Virus record (IMG/VR): IMGVR_UViG_3300015202_000004
Location: 83,943 to 147,942 of that record
Length of the DNA stretch: 64,000 bases
Source: a virus
Direction: 5' to 3' (one strand)
Translations under genes and position numbers: made by a program
Part shown: piece after piece, positions 10,733-20,301 of the stretch
Numbering within the stretch: position 1 is the first letter of the stretch
Layout: each line of letters opens with the position of its first letter
The notes under the pieces: model-generated
What the model saw: the letters and a program-made list of their open reading frames with translations, nothing else
Told to the model about the DNA's origin: nothing
The model's database searches: none

Positions 10733-10807
10733 TGGCTCCCTCGGCTGGCTCCGCCCCAACATTAATGGCTTCAGAGGCCATAGTCCTACTCATTAGACGA
10801 CAAGGGA
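10733..10807 (-). tRNA. tRNA-Gln(CTG), atypical elbow
   Basis: ATGGC-CTCTGAA-GCCAT; T loop GGCGGAG; D loop AATGAGTA. Confidence 0.75.
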
Positions 10808-10981
10808 ATAAATTTTATATTGATTCTTTTTCTAGAATTTTTCCGCGTAATTCATTCTTGTTTGAACGCGCTTTGTTGAATTTTCTCAACTTTGGATTGC
10901 AGGTAGAGCATTTTACTAATCTGTGAAATCGCTGCCATGCCTTGCCGCTTAAGTTAGTTTTGTATTGCATTTTAATCTTTT

Positions 10982-11056
10982 TGGTGGCCTATGTCGGTTC
11001 TGCCCCGACTTTCACTGTTCGAAAGACAGTTGTCCTAACTAGTAGACGAATAGGCC
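10982..11056 (-). tRNA. tRNA-Glu(TTC), atypical elbow
   Basis: ACTGT-CTTTCGA-ACAGT; T loop GGCAGAA; D loop ACTAGTTA. Confidence 0.75.
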
Positions 11057-11123
11057 AAGTATGTTATTTTATTAACTCAATTTACTATTATTATGGTAAC
11101 ACACTTTGCTTAAGGAGTCAAAC

Positions 11124-11690
11124 GTGGCTACCAAACGAACTGACGAAGAATATATTGACGCGGCCAGACAATCTAAATATATGAAACAAATGTTGGAAAT
11201 TTTAAATTTAAAAACAATGAATTATAAAAGTCTTAGAGAAAGGCTAAAAAGGTTAAATATTGATACTTCTCATTGGGAAACTCAAAATAATTTTAGATTC
11301 AAGAAAGGAAATCAATTAAATGTAAAACCTATATTAGAACAATTAGTCGAGTACGCGCCCAATTTAAAATCTTCTACGGTTAGAAATAAATTAGTCAAAG
11401 AAGGTCACTGGGTTTATCAATGTTATAATTGTAAAATATCTGATTGGGATAATAAGTCATTAACTTTACAATTGGACCATATTAACGGAATAAATACTGA
11501 TTATCGTTTGGAAAATTTACGTTTATTATGTCCCAATTGTCATTCGCAAACTGATACTTATTGTGGAAAAAATGTAAAAAGAAAAGAAAAATTAGTTAAA
11601 ATTAAATTTTGCGAATGTGGAGTTAAAATTTATAAAAGTTCTAAAAACTGTGTTTCATGCTCTAATAGAAAGAAGAAGAAACAGATTTGA
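11124..11690 (+). CDS. HNH endonuclease inserted antisense within tRNA cluster
   Basis: GTG start after AAGGAG; LQLDHINGINTDYRLENLRLLCPNCHSQT. Confidence 0.9.
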   Translation: MATKRTDEEYIDAARQSKYMKQMLEILNLKTMNYKSLRERLKRLNIDTSHWETQNNFRFKKGNQLNVKPILEQLVEYAPNLKSSTVRNKLVKEGHWVYQCYNCKISDWDNKSLTLQLDHINGINTDYRLENLRLLCPNCHSQTDTYCGKNVKRKEKLVKIKFCECGVKIYKSSKNCVSCSNRKKKKQI

Positions 11691-11699
11691 TTTAAAAAT

Positions 11700-11773
11700 T
11701 GGCTCCCGAGGGTGTAATCGAAACACCTCCTTGCCCTTAACAGGGGCCTGCACGACCTTCATGCTACTCGGGA
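11700..11773 (-). tRNA. tRNA-Asn(GTT)
   Basis: Loop CTGTTAA, G73, CCA. Confidence 0.85.
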
Positions 11774-11792
11774 ATACATTTGAATTATTTTC

Positions 11793-11883
11793 TGGAGCGG
11801 CTAGGTGTCGAACCCGCTTCTCTGCTCGCGAAGCAGCGCATTAGCCTTCTGCCCTATAGACGGCATCCGTATGCTACGCTCCA
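11793..11883 (-). ncRNA. tRNA-like RNA, CGC anticodon, extra hairpin in D loop
   Basis: TGGAGCG/CGCTCCA acceptor, CTGC-TTCGCGA-GCAG, TTCGACA T loop, D-loop insert TGCCGTCTATAGGGCA; lacks G3:U70. Confidence 0.45.
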
Positions 11884-12022
11884 TCATTATGTATGTTTTA
11901 GTTTTTTGCTTTTCCAAGCTTGACGAAGGTTACCTTTTTTTGAAATACGCCATTTGAATTTAATGACGGTGATTTTCACTTCCTTTTCCATAATGCATAT
12001 AGCCTACTTTCTTAATAGTATT

Positions 12023-12110
12023 TGGTGGGCAAGAGAGGAGTCGAACCTCTACGCTACAAGAGCGATTGCCGGGTTACAGCCGGGTACATTAGCCATTCTG
12101 TCACCTGCCC
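12023..12110 (-). tRNA. tRNA-Tyr(GTA)
   Basis: Loop CTGTAAC, long V arm, CCA. Confidence 0.85.
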
Positions 12111-12124
12111 AAATTTTTCCCAAT

Positions 12125-12146
12125 AAAAAAGACCCTTGCGGGCCTT
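12125..12146 (-). terminator. attenuator terminator upstream of tRNA cluster
   Basis: AAGGCCC-GCAA-GGGTCTT then TTTT, 15 nt before tRNA-Tyr. Confidence 0.8.
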
Positions 12147-12185
12147 GAAGTGTGATTTGCAGAGAGCCGAAGCTTGATATGCTAC

Positions 12186-12284
12186 TTACACGTTCAGACC
12201 CAATTCGCATAGCGAATTAAACAATGCAGCTTGTTGCTGCTTGTTATAATTTTGTTCCTGATTAAAGAACTGCTGCGAATTCAT
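12186..12284 (-). CDS. putative attenuation leader peptide MNSQQFFNQEQNYNKQQQAALFNSLCELGLNV
   Basis: 32-codon ORF between a sigma70 promoter and a terminator; last codons form an alternative helix with the terminator 5' arm. Confidence 0.7.
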   Translation of the reverse strand: MNSQQFFNQEQNYNKQQQAALFNSLCELGLNV

Positions 12285-12338
12285 CGTTGTTTCTTTCTTT
12301 TAAGGGTGCCCATCGCTAAAGTGCTCTTGGACTCCATT

Positions 12339-12367
12339 AGTATAGCATCTATTAAGTAGGTTGTCAA
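12339..12367 (-). promoter_or_regulatory. sigma70-type promoter for leader/tRNA operon
   Basis: TTGACA-N17-TATACT. Confidence 0.8.
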
Positions 12368-12401
12368 CCCTTTGCTTGTTGTAACATTTAAAGGGTAAAA
12401 A

Positions 12402-12478
12402 TGGACCCGATAAAGAGACTCTAACTCTTAACCTTTTCGTTCGAAGCGAAATGCTCTATACTATTGAGCTATATCGGG
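12402..12478 (-). tRNA. tRNA-Arg(TCG)
   Basis: TTTCG-CTTCGAA-CGAAA; T loop TTAGAGT with D loop GT (U19:A56). Confidence 0.75.
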
Positions 12479-12567
12479 ATACTTTCCAATATAATTTTAT
12501 CTACACTGATACTAGCGTGTACCTCACAAATGTATTATAGTCGATTTCATTAAAAATGTCAATGACA

Positions 12568-13812
12568 TTAAGGAGTAATTCCCGATTGATAAGCATGTGG
12601 TATGACTTTAACAATGATATTAGAAATGCCTCTAAAATAGGCACCAGCAATATTGTCTTCATTATAAGTTAAATAAAAGCTAACTGTTTGGGTAGTTTTA
12701 TTTGGTATGTAAGCTCCTGCCTTTGCAATAAACATTACGTCGTTTGCAAGAAGGCCAGGTTGAGTAACAGCGCTGGTGGTAGAAACATTAAAATTACCCG
12801 AAGGTGCATATACCGAAGGCGAAAGATAAGCCGTGTCCGATGCTGGGTTTAATAAAAGTTCATTCTTATTATTTAAAGTACCTGGAGAAATAAAGATTTG
12901 CGCTTCTAATTCTACAATCCAAAAATCAAAATTTGTTAGTGCTGGAATAAGAGAATTTACAGGTACTGTTAGTAATCCGGTTGAAGGGTTATATGTGCAT
13001 AATGTATTGCTAAATAAACCAGCTATTAATGTACCGCCTGTCAAAGTATTTTGACCATTAACTAAAGTAATAGCGGTTCGCGAAGCCGGGTCATCCAAAA
13101 TTGAAATTAAATCATAATACTGATAACCCGTGCTTGGATTGGCTCCAATATAACTGGAAATTGCACCTGGTACAATAGAAGCAACCGAATTGGTAACAGA
13201 GACACCCACCCTTTGATTAACAATACCTGTAATTTGTGTAGCAGTTTGCCCGAGAGGAACGCTGCCAAAAGTAACCTTGGCCCCTGGACTCATTACACTT
13301 CCGACGCTAGCACTATTACCAGCATTAGTGTCTACGCCATGAACCGATAAAACATTACCACTAATAGAATCAATTTGAACAACAACAGTGTCAGTTCCGT
13401 CGTCAACAGCCAAAACGGAACCTGGTAAAAATTCTGATGCATCAGATACATGTAAAATCTGATTTAGACCTATGTTTGGTTCCCTAAAATTGGCAGTTGT
13501 TAAAATTGGCAAAGTACTACCACCACCGCCGCCGCCACCGCCACTTGTGACAGCAGGTAAAGGATTATAAACAGCTACAACAATATTAAATTCGCCACCA
13601 TATTCTACTCGAAAATGATAAAGGGGGCCACTAGCGGAAAAGCTAACATTGTAATTATTGCCAACATTGATAGCGCTTGTCTTTATTCGACCCTTGTTGA
13701 CAGTCGGCGTATCAACCAAAGAATTATCAATAGCAGAATAAATAGATGCAGTTGCTCCGTCAGCAATGATGCTTGCATCAGTGTAAATATCTTTAAAAAT
13801 CAATGTATACAT
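12568..13812 (-). CDS. virion fibre/decoration-like protein
   Basis: Beta-rich, poly-Gly linker, N terminus similar to 14733 and 15551 ORFs. Confidence 0.5.
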   Translation of the reverse strand: MYTLIFKDIYTDASIIADGATASIYSAIDNSLVDTPTVNKGRIKTSAINVGNNYNVSFSASGPLYHFRVEYGGEFNIVVAVYNPLPAVTSGGGGGGGGSTLPILTTANFREPNIGLNQILHVSDASEFLPGSVLAVDDGTDTVVVQIDSISGNVLSVHGVDTNAGNSASVGSVMSPGAKVTFGSVPLGQTATQITGIVNQRVGVSVTNSVASIVPGAISSYIGANPSTGYQYYDLISILDDPASRTAITLVNGQNTLTGGTLIAGLFSNTLCTYNPSTGLLTVPVNSLIPALTNFDFWIVELEAQIFISPGTLNNKNELLLNPASDTAYLSPSVYAPSGNFNVSTTSAVTQPGLLANDVMFIAKAGAYIPNKTTQTVSFYLTYNEDNIAGAYFRGISNIIVKVIPHAYQSGITP

Positions 13813-13872
13813 GATAATGCCCTCGGTGGAATAAAAGCTTACATTATAATGTACTCAATTATTAGTATTTTT

Positions 13873-14541
13873 TTACGTTGACCAAGAATCTTTGATAATG
13901 AAACCTTCTGGCACTGGTCGATTTATCTTAAGTTTTGTGAACCAATTATCAGCCAAATCGTAGTAGTCAGGGTTCTTATCTTCTGGTATCATTTCAAAAG
14001 CATCTGGAAATACTCTACGCCCCCCAGAAGCCCGTATTGTTGAGATTGCCATCGCTTCAGCGACTGTTTTTGACAAATAAATAATATATCGGTTTGCCCG
14101 AGTTTCATTATAAGTATAAGGTCCAAAAGTATAACAGAATTTACATAACCAAGCGAGATTGATAGTTAAAAATGCGTGTCTTACCACATTGTGATATGGG
14201 TTGTCGCCATCCGTACTTTTCTGAACCACGCTTTTTTTCGTACAACTTAAAACCCATTCATGTTGGCACATTCTCTTGCGAATAGTGCCAATGCGCGATT
14301 TATTTTTAGTTAAAGACCAACCGCCGCAAACACTTAAACGCGACGTAAGCCTGATTTTTTCAGCCTGAAGACAATATCCACCAAAGACGCCTTCGCTTTG
14401 CGGAACGTCTTTAAAACGCTCTGTTAACTCTACATACTCTTTACCAAGATAAGCGTCACGACTATTGCGGTAATGTTCACATGTACCACAGGTCTTGGCG
14501 ATAGAAATGGTTAGGTCGATAGGGTTATCTGTTTCTGGCAT
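13873..14541 (-). CDS. hypothetical Cys-rich protein
   Basis: 222-aa ORF, CxxC motifs. Confidence 0.55.
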   Translation of the reverse strand: MPETDNPIDLTISIAKTCGTCEHYRNSRDAYLGKEYVELTERFKDVPQSEGVFGGYCLQAEKIRLTSRLSVCGGWSLTKNKSRIGTIRKRMCQHEWVLSCTKKSVVQKSTDGDNPYHNVVRHAFLTINLAWLCKFCYTFGPYTYNETRANRYIIYLSKTVAEAMAISTIRASGGRRVFPDAFEMIPEDKNPDYYDLADNWFTKLKINRPVPEGFIIKDSWST

Positions 14542-14618
14542 ATCCCGTTTATATTACCACAAAAAGAAGTTTTAGTCAACTAAAAAGACCTCTTAATAAA
14601 TTAAGAAGCCTTTTGAAA

Positions 14619-14693
14619 TGGTTGCGAAGCCGTGGATTTGCGCCAGTTAGATGAGCTTATGAGACTCACGCGATACTAAACCGCCCGCTCGCA
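14619..14693 (-). tRNA. tRNA-Met(CAT), atypical
   Basis: TGAGT-CTCATAA-GCTCA; T loop CGCAAAT; D loop AG; CCA. Confidence 0.6.
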
Positions 14694-14732
14694 TTTACAT
14701 TATAGTACATTAAATTACTTTTGTCAAGTGTT

Positions 14733-15539
14733 TTAGGCAAGTTGTCCAGGGCTAACAATTGTTTCAAGGCTAGCTTGAATCGCAATTCCACCATTTGCGA
14801 TTATACTATTGAAATCAATATTAATTGCACGTAAAATAAAGGCAATTTTTTGAGCTTGTGCAGTTAAAACTTTATCTCTTGAATGAAAGACCAAATCTGT
14901 TCCATTAGTTAAACCACTAAAAGTGGAAGCAATAGGAGTAGCATCAGATACTGATAAAGGTGCTACTTGACCATCAGTTATTACAGTGATAAAAAATTGA
15001 GCAAGCGATGCGGGTACAGTCATATTCCCCCGAATTTGAGCTTCGACAGTCAATAACCAATGTGTTGCACCAGTTGGAAGAGTTGGTATATTGAATTCTA
15101 AATAACCTTTTGTTGCATCCCAAAATAGATTTGTTGAAGCTAAATTAGGTAAAATGTATCCTCCAGATAAATTATTCTGTACGCCCAGATTGAAAACAGT
15201 ATCCGAAGTTATGTAAACGGAATCATAACTTTTCATAGGACTAGCACTATTTACATTATTACCAGAAATTAAAATAGGATTTAACTCAACTGCAACAGTA
15301 ATAATAAGATTACCGTCATAATTAACTCCGAAATAATATGTACCAGTTGGTACATTGGGGCCTGAAAAAGTAATTTTATATTTTTTTCCAACTAAAAGAT
15401 TTGAACTATTTATTTGACTATTAATAACTGTTTTCGTATCTATTAAAATATTATCTGGTAGAAGGTATACAGATGCTACTGAACCATCAATAATCGAGGG
15501 TAAATCAGTGTAATAATCTTGGAAAACTAATGTGTACAT
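14733..15539 (-). CDS. virion fibre/decoration-like protein
   Basis: MYTLVFQDYYTD..DGSVASVY N terminus paralogous to 12568 ORF. Confidence 0.5.
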   Translation of the reverse strand: MYTLVFQDYYTDLPSIIDGSVASVYLLPDNILIDTKTVINSQINSSNLLVGKKYKITFSGPNVPTGTYYFGVNYDGNLIITVAVELNPILISGNNVNSASPMKSYDSVYITSDTVFNLGVQNNLSGGYILPNLASTNLFWDATKGYLEFNIPTLPTGATHWLLTVEAQIRGNMTVPASLAQFFITVITDGQVAPLSVSDATPIASTFSGLTNGTDLVFHSRDKVLTAQAQKIAFILRAINIDFNSIIANGGIAIQASLETIVSPGQLA

Positions 15540-15550
15540 TTATTCACCTT

Positions 15551-17587
15551 TTAGGCATAAAGCGGATAGCAAGTTACGGTCAACAGACCCTGAACGTAAA
15601 AAGTAGTGTGTGGTTGCAAGGCCATAGCCACAACCGTGAAGTCTAATTGAATACCTGAATTAAATGTTCCAACATACTTGACAACCGAATTTGAATTTGC
15701 ATTGAATTTTGTTGGTGAATTAACAATAAAGCCACCATCGGCAATTACATTCGGCGTATTAATTACGGGACCTGCTTGAACTGGCTCTGTATATCCAGCA
15801 AATGTAGAAGCTGTATTAATAGCGCCTTTTGAAGCAGTTGAAGTAATACCTACATAAGCAATACTTGGAACGGTTAACAAAGTTTGATTGGTAATGACAT
15901 TACCAGCGAATTCTGCAACGACACGATATTGAATTGCTTGATTATTTGGCAATTGGAAAACCAAAGTGCCAATTGTCGAAATGGCTGAAGCTGCTGAATT
16001 GAATGTGATTGGTGGGTTAATTGGAATATCTTTAAAAATAACTGTGCCAAAATCACCAATTCGCGTGGTACCTGCTGGTCCTGGTGGCCCGCTATAAGTA
16101 ACCGTTGCGCCATTCTGAATTGTAAGGCCAGCTACACCATTGTTTATTGTATTAATTCGAACAGATAATTGGTTTTGAGAAATGCTTGAAGCAGTAACTT
16201 GACCAGTAAGTGAATAGACTCCATCTGATATTAATACAAAGCTAAGAGGTGGAAATGCAAGCGTGTCTTTTACGAAGACAGGAATCAAAGTTCCAACCGG
16301 ATAAATAACAATTGGTTGTGTAATAAGAGTTGAGCCATGTCCTGGAATCCCTGTATCCCCTTTTAATCCTATATCGCCTTTTGGTCCTGGAACTAACGAA
16401 GGGGCACCTACTGGACCACTAAAGGTAACAACTGAGCCAGCATTTAAAATATTTCCAACAGTACTTTGAAGAACATTAAAAGTTAAACCGCTAACGCCAC
16501 TTGTTGTGGTAATTTGTCCCATAATAGTTGATGAAACACCATCGGTGGCTAGCAAAAAACTATTTATAGGGAAAGCCGAATTATTAATAACACTTAAAGA
16601 TGCTATCGAACCAGTTGCAGGGCAAGTAAAGGTTGCAGTTGTTAATGTGCTACCAAAACCTTGTATGCCTTGAATGCCTTGGTCACCTTTCAGTCCTTGG
16701 TCGCCCTTTAATCCTTGAATACCCTGGATTCCAGCAGGCCCAGCAAAGCTTACAAAAGCTCCACCTGCAAGTGTGGCCGAAGCGGATATAGAAGTCGTGA
16801 TACCAGTTAGTGAATTAGTCGTACCACCCGATGTAATTAAAGTAGTGAAATAATTTGTATTGTCTGAGACAATTGCATTGGTTCCATTAGGGAAAGCGGC
16901 ACCATTGATAACATTTAAATTAACTGTTTGACCAACGGAATTAACGGTGACCGCACTTCCTGGTAATGTTAAAGTTGAACCATTGCCGTTCGCACCAGGA
17001 ATACCTTGGATACCTTTGAAATCATTTGGCGCGAATTGACTCACAAATGCGTTTGGCTGAACAATGTCGCCAACGTTTCCGACCAACAAATCTGTGACAA
17101 CTACACCGATGCTATTAGTAACGATATTTTTTGTTGCTAATACACCGATGAAAACTCCGGTTGTACCAGAGAATATAACATAAGAATCTACATTGAAAAT
17201 AGAAGCGTTAGTTACCGGAATGTTAACAAAACTGTTTGGCGCAACTAAACTAACATAATCAGTTGAATTTGCATAAATCGAAGGAACACTTGCTGGTCCA
17301 TAAAAAATAGGGACAGTCAACAGGGTGTTCTCGTTAATTGTCATGTAGTGCGAACCCGTTGGAGGATTGACACCGATAAATTGAATTTGATAGGCCGTGT
17401 CGCCATATAATTGAGAAAATGTTGCTTGGCCTACTCCTGGTGAGCTAGGGAAATTACCAATGATTGCACTATCTATTAAATTTGTGGATGACGGAGTAAC
17501 CCCTGTTGGGTATACGTTGACCCTCAAACCATCGGGCAAGCGATTACCATTGTAATAATTAACGAATACGACCGTAAAAATTGTCAT
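15551..17587 (-). CDS. collagen-repeat tail-fibre-like protein
   Basis: Gly-X-Y runs (GIQGIQGLKGDQG, GPKGDIG) separating repeated ~85-aa beta domains. Confidence 0.7.
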   Translation of the reverse strand: MTIFTVVFVNYYNGNRLPDGLRVNVYPTGVTPSSTNLIDSAIIGNFPSSPGVGQATFSQLYGDTAYQIQFIGVNPPTGSHYMTINENTLLTVPIFYGPASVPSIYANSTDYVSLVAPNSFVNIPVTNASIFNVDSYVIFSGTTGVFIGVLATKNIVTNSIGVVVTDLLVGNVGDIVQPNAFVSQFAPNDFKGIQGIPGANGNGSTLTLPGSAVTVNSVGQTVNLNVINGAAFPNGTNAIVSDNTNYFTTLITSGGTTNSLTGITTSISASATLAGGAFVSFAGPAGIQGIQGLKGDQGLKGDQGIQGIQGFGSTLTTATFTCPATGSIASLSVINNSAFPINSFLLATDGVSSTIMGQITTTSGVSGLTFNVLQSTVGNILNAGSVVTFSGPVGAPSLVPGPKGDIGLKGDTGIPGHGSTLITQPIVIYPVGTLIPVFVKDTLAFPPLSFVLISDGVYSLTGQVTASSISQNQLSVRINTINNGVAGLTIQNGATVTYSGPPGPAGTTRIGDFGTVIFKDIPINPPITFNSAASAISTIGTLVFQLPNNQAIQYRVVAEFAGNVITNQTLLTVPSIAYVGITSTASKGAINTASTFAGYTEPVQAGPVINTPNVIADGGFIVNSPTKFNANSNSVVKYVGTFNSGIQLDFTVVAMALQPHTTFYVQGLLTVTCYPLYA

Positions 17588-17703
17588 TATAATCTCCCAC
17601 CACAAAAGTATGGCATTCAATTATAAGTAAGCAATTTAACCATTTTCAGTATCATTGGTATAAAAAGAAATAGCTTTACTCGTTTAAAGTAAAGCTTAAT
17701 TTC

Positions 17704-18048
17704 TCATTTTCTAACTTCGATATGCTTTGATGCTTCGACTAAGGCATCCGCTGAAATATGTGGGTTATAAATCGAAGCACCCATATAGGTGAATCTTTCG
17801 TCAACCTCATGTGCGACGGCTGTTTTTATCGCTTTATAAGCCGTTCGCACTATTTCATTTGGAACCATGTGAGGTGAAAGCATCCACTTTCTGCTTTTTT
17901 GAAGTTGCAAACCGTTATCAGGGTTTGCCAGGTCTTCTTCCCAAAACTGGACTTGAAGGTACATACGCCCATTGTCATCGCCAAGGTACAAATTCCAGTC
18001 GCTATATTTTATTTTACTTAAAATATCGCAAACTTCTTTAGGCGTCAT
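17704..18048 (-). CDS. conserved phage hypothetical protein
   Basis: RKWMLSPHM..EIVRTAYKA..HEVDERF. Confidence 0.6.
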   Translation of the reverse strand: MTPKEVCDILSKIKYSDWNLYLGDDNGRMYLQVQFWEEDLANPDNGLQLQKSRKWMLSPHMVPNEIVRTAYKAIKTAVAHEVDERFTYMGASIYNPHISADALVEASKHIEVRK

Positions 18049-18794
18049 CTTACGCGGCCTTTGTCACCAAAATCTCGTCGTCCATCTTCGGGGATAGCAT
18101 GAACATATCATGAATCAAGCGAGCTTGACCGACAATATCTTCCTTGGAGCGACGGGAGAAACCAAGGTTTACGAAAAGAGTTTCGTCGCCGTTGCCATAA
18201 CGAGCTTGAACGAGGACACCATCTTTAGTGTATCCTTTGACGTGAATTTGCAAAGATGTACGACGGCTGTAAGGGGTAATTACCAAGTCGCTACCATCTT
18301 TGTTCTTCTGGTTCTTGATAGGACCCTTCCACTCTAGGGAACGTTTTAATGCTTTCAATTTAGTTCTTTCTCCACGTTATTGTGGTTCATGATTCTAGCT
18401 GTTGCACACCATACTTTAGGTGTAATTTCTTGCCAAGACTTTAAAGCTTCTTTTGCTGCTTTGTAATTGTTTCCGAATCTATTAATTTCATCACCATATG
18501 AAGTGGTTATTATCAAATATTCATCTTCTACGTGATAAAGATATTCTAAAGCAGATTCTTGCATCGGAATGGTCGTATATGGATAGACGCTATTGGGAAA
18601 ATTCTCAGGGTCTTCGACCATAAAAATTGCACCCAAAATTGGTAGCGGGTTCGTTGCTACTCCAACGATTCTTCCGGTGCCTTCAAGTTTGCCTTCAGGT
18701 ACACTTAAAAAGTAAGCAACTATGTCACCTTGCTTGTAAGTATATTCTGTTATTTGCGGGGTGATTCTTTCAGACATGTATTAGTTTACCATTT

Positions 18795-19058
18795 TTAAAG
18801 TGTTTTGTCAACTATTTCGTAGGTAGCATAAAAAATATCAGGTTTGCAAGGGTAGTACTCTCCCCTGATTCCTCTGATGATATAATCACCAATGGAAGCG
18901 GTCATATTGCCTTCTAGGGTTGGGATGATAATATTGTGAACATTGAATCCAATGGTTTCCTCTGGAAGCGCTTCGTTGAAGAATTTAGTGACTTCGGCTT
19001 TATTATTTCCGGTGAATTGGACGGCATCAATTACTACTGGCCTCTTGCGATACTTCAT
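18795..19058 (-). CDS. conserved phage protein
   Basis: KYRKRPVVIDAVQF..TLEGNM..GDYIIRG..GEYYPCKPDIF. Confidence 0.75.
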   Translation of the reverse strand: MKYRKRPVVIDAVQFTGNNKAEVTKFFNEALPEETIGFNVHNIIIPTLEGNMTASIGDYIIRGIRGEYYPCKPDIFYATYEIVDKTL

Positions 19059-19128
19059 GAATCTATTATATCACATACTGTCAAGAGAAGCAAAAGAAAA
19101 AGAACCTCTTTCGAGGCTCTTTTCTAAA

Positions 19129-19555
19129 TGGTGGAGCCGACGAGGTGACGCTCCTCGTGTCCTGAAACGTTTACCTTACAAGATTTTACAGGTTTTCCTA
19201 CTTTGTCCTCATAGGAATTGGCTTGAAGTCTTCAGCTTCGCGTCTACTATTGGTTGGTAGCCCAAATCATGTGCCGTTATTTAAACTGCCGGGATGATAC
19301 AAGCAGCCTACTCGGATGTTACCGGAGGATATTCAGTAAGGGCGCACTGAAACGCTAGGCCCCCGAGGGAGCCCTACCCCGTATTACTCTACGGAGAAGA
19401 GAGGATTAAGCAGCTACGGCCTCGTTTGCCATGAAGGAATTGAAGCTTGCTACTGTGATGTTGTCTGCAATTAAGCAATTTGGTCCTTTATAGTGCCTGA
19501 CCAACACTACCTGTCCTGCGAAGACTCGCTATCCCAGTCGAAACTGCTCGGCCCC
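19129..19555 (-). ncRNA. ssrA: tmRNA
   Basis: GGGGCCG..TTCGAC 5' end, CGGCTCCACCA 3' end with G3:U70; tag frame 19468-19406 ADNITVASFNSFMANEAVAA*. Confidence 0.92.
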
Positions 19556-19609
19556 GTGTTTCCGTATAGAGGATTCTTATCAAGGAGTTGTTCTCTATTC
19601 GGTAAAAGT

Positions 19610-19638
19610 ATTATACGCTATCTAATCAGATTTGTCAA
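19610..19638 (-). promoter_or_regulatory. sigma70 promoter of tmRNA
   Basis: Perfect TTGACA-N17-TATAAT. Confidence 0.85.
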
Positions 19639-19860
19639 GCATTCAAGCCGTAATCTTCAACAAATTTATCAAAAGCCATTCTCTTTAATTCGACAAGATT
19701 ATCTGACATATCAATCATATAGTTGCCAGTGTAGAAGCGAAAATCTTCTGTGTGATAATCGTATGAACAATATTCAAATATACGATAATTAGTTTTTTGA
19801 TTATCAAAATAAAGATACCAAATATGACTTTGCCAACGTGTCTTTTTTGATTTGCGAAAC

Positions 19861-20175
19861 TTAAGAGTACTTTGTGACAAATTCTTTTACAGCCTCTTCA
19901 TTATTATAACCAACCAGTCTTCCTAGTTCTGTTCCATTTTTGAACATAATCATTGTTGGAACACCAGAGATATGAAGTTGGGTTGGAATTTCTGGCGATT
20001 TGTCAATATCTAATTCAACAAAAGCAACACCTTTTATTTCATCAGCAACCTTTTCTACAACTGGAGTCAACATTTTACATGGGCCGCACCATGTTGCAAA
20101 AAGCTTTACTAACACTGGAGATTCGGATTTAATTGCTTCATTAAATCCTGCTGCATCAATTTGTAATAAACTCAT
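19861..20175 (-). CDS. trxA: thioredoxin
   Basis: WCGPC, ISGVPT. Confidence 0.92.
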   Translation of the reverse strand: MSLLQIDAAGFNEAIKSESPVLVKLFATWCGPCKMLTPVVEKVADEIKGVAFVELDIDKSPEIPTQLHISGVPTMIMFKNGTELGRLVGYNNEEAVKEFVTKYS

Positions 20176-20222
20176 TTTTAATTCCTTAGACAAGAAAAGG
20201 CGACCTTAGCCGCCTTTTAAAT

Positions 20223-20301
<79 letters not shown>

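Noticed and set aside
10651-11184. + strand ORFs 10651-10926 and 10942-11184 (also 8060, 22598, 54298 and similar)
   Set aside because: Antisense shadows of tRNA genes or real CDSs.
16660-16740. Tandem DNA repeat
   Set aside because: Explained by collagen Gly-X-Y coding.
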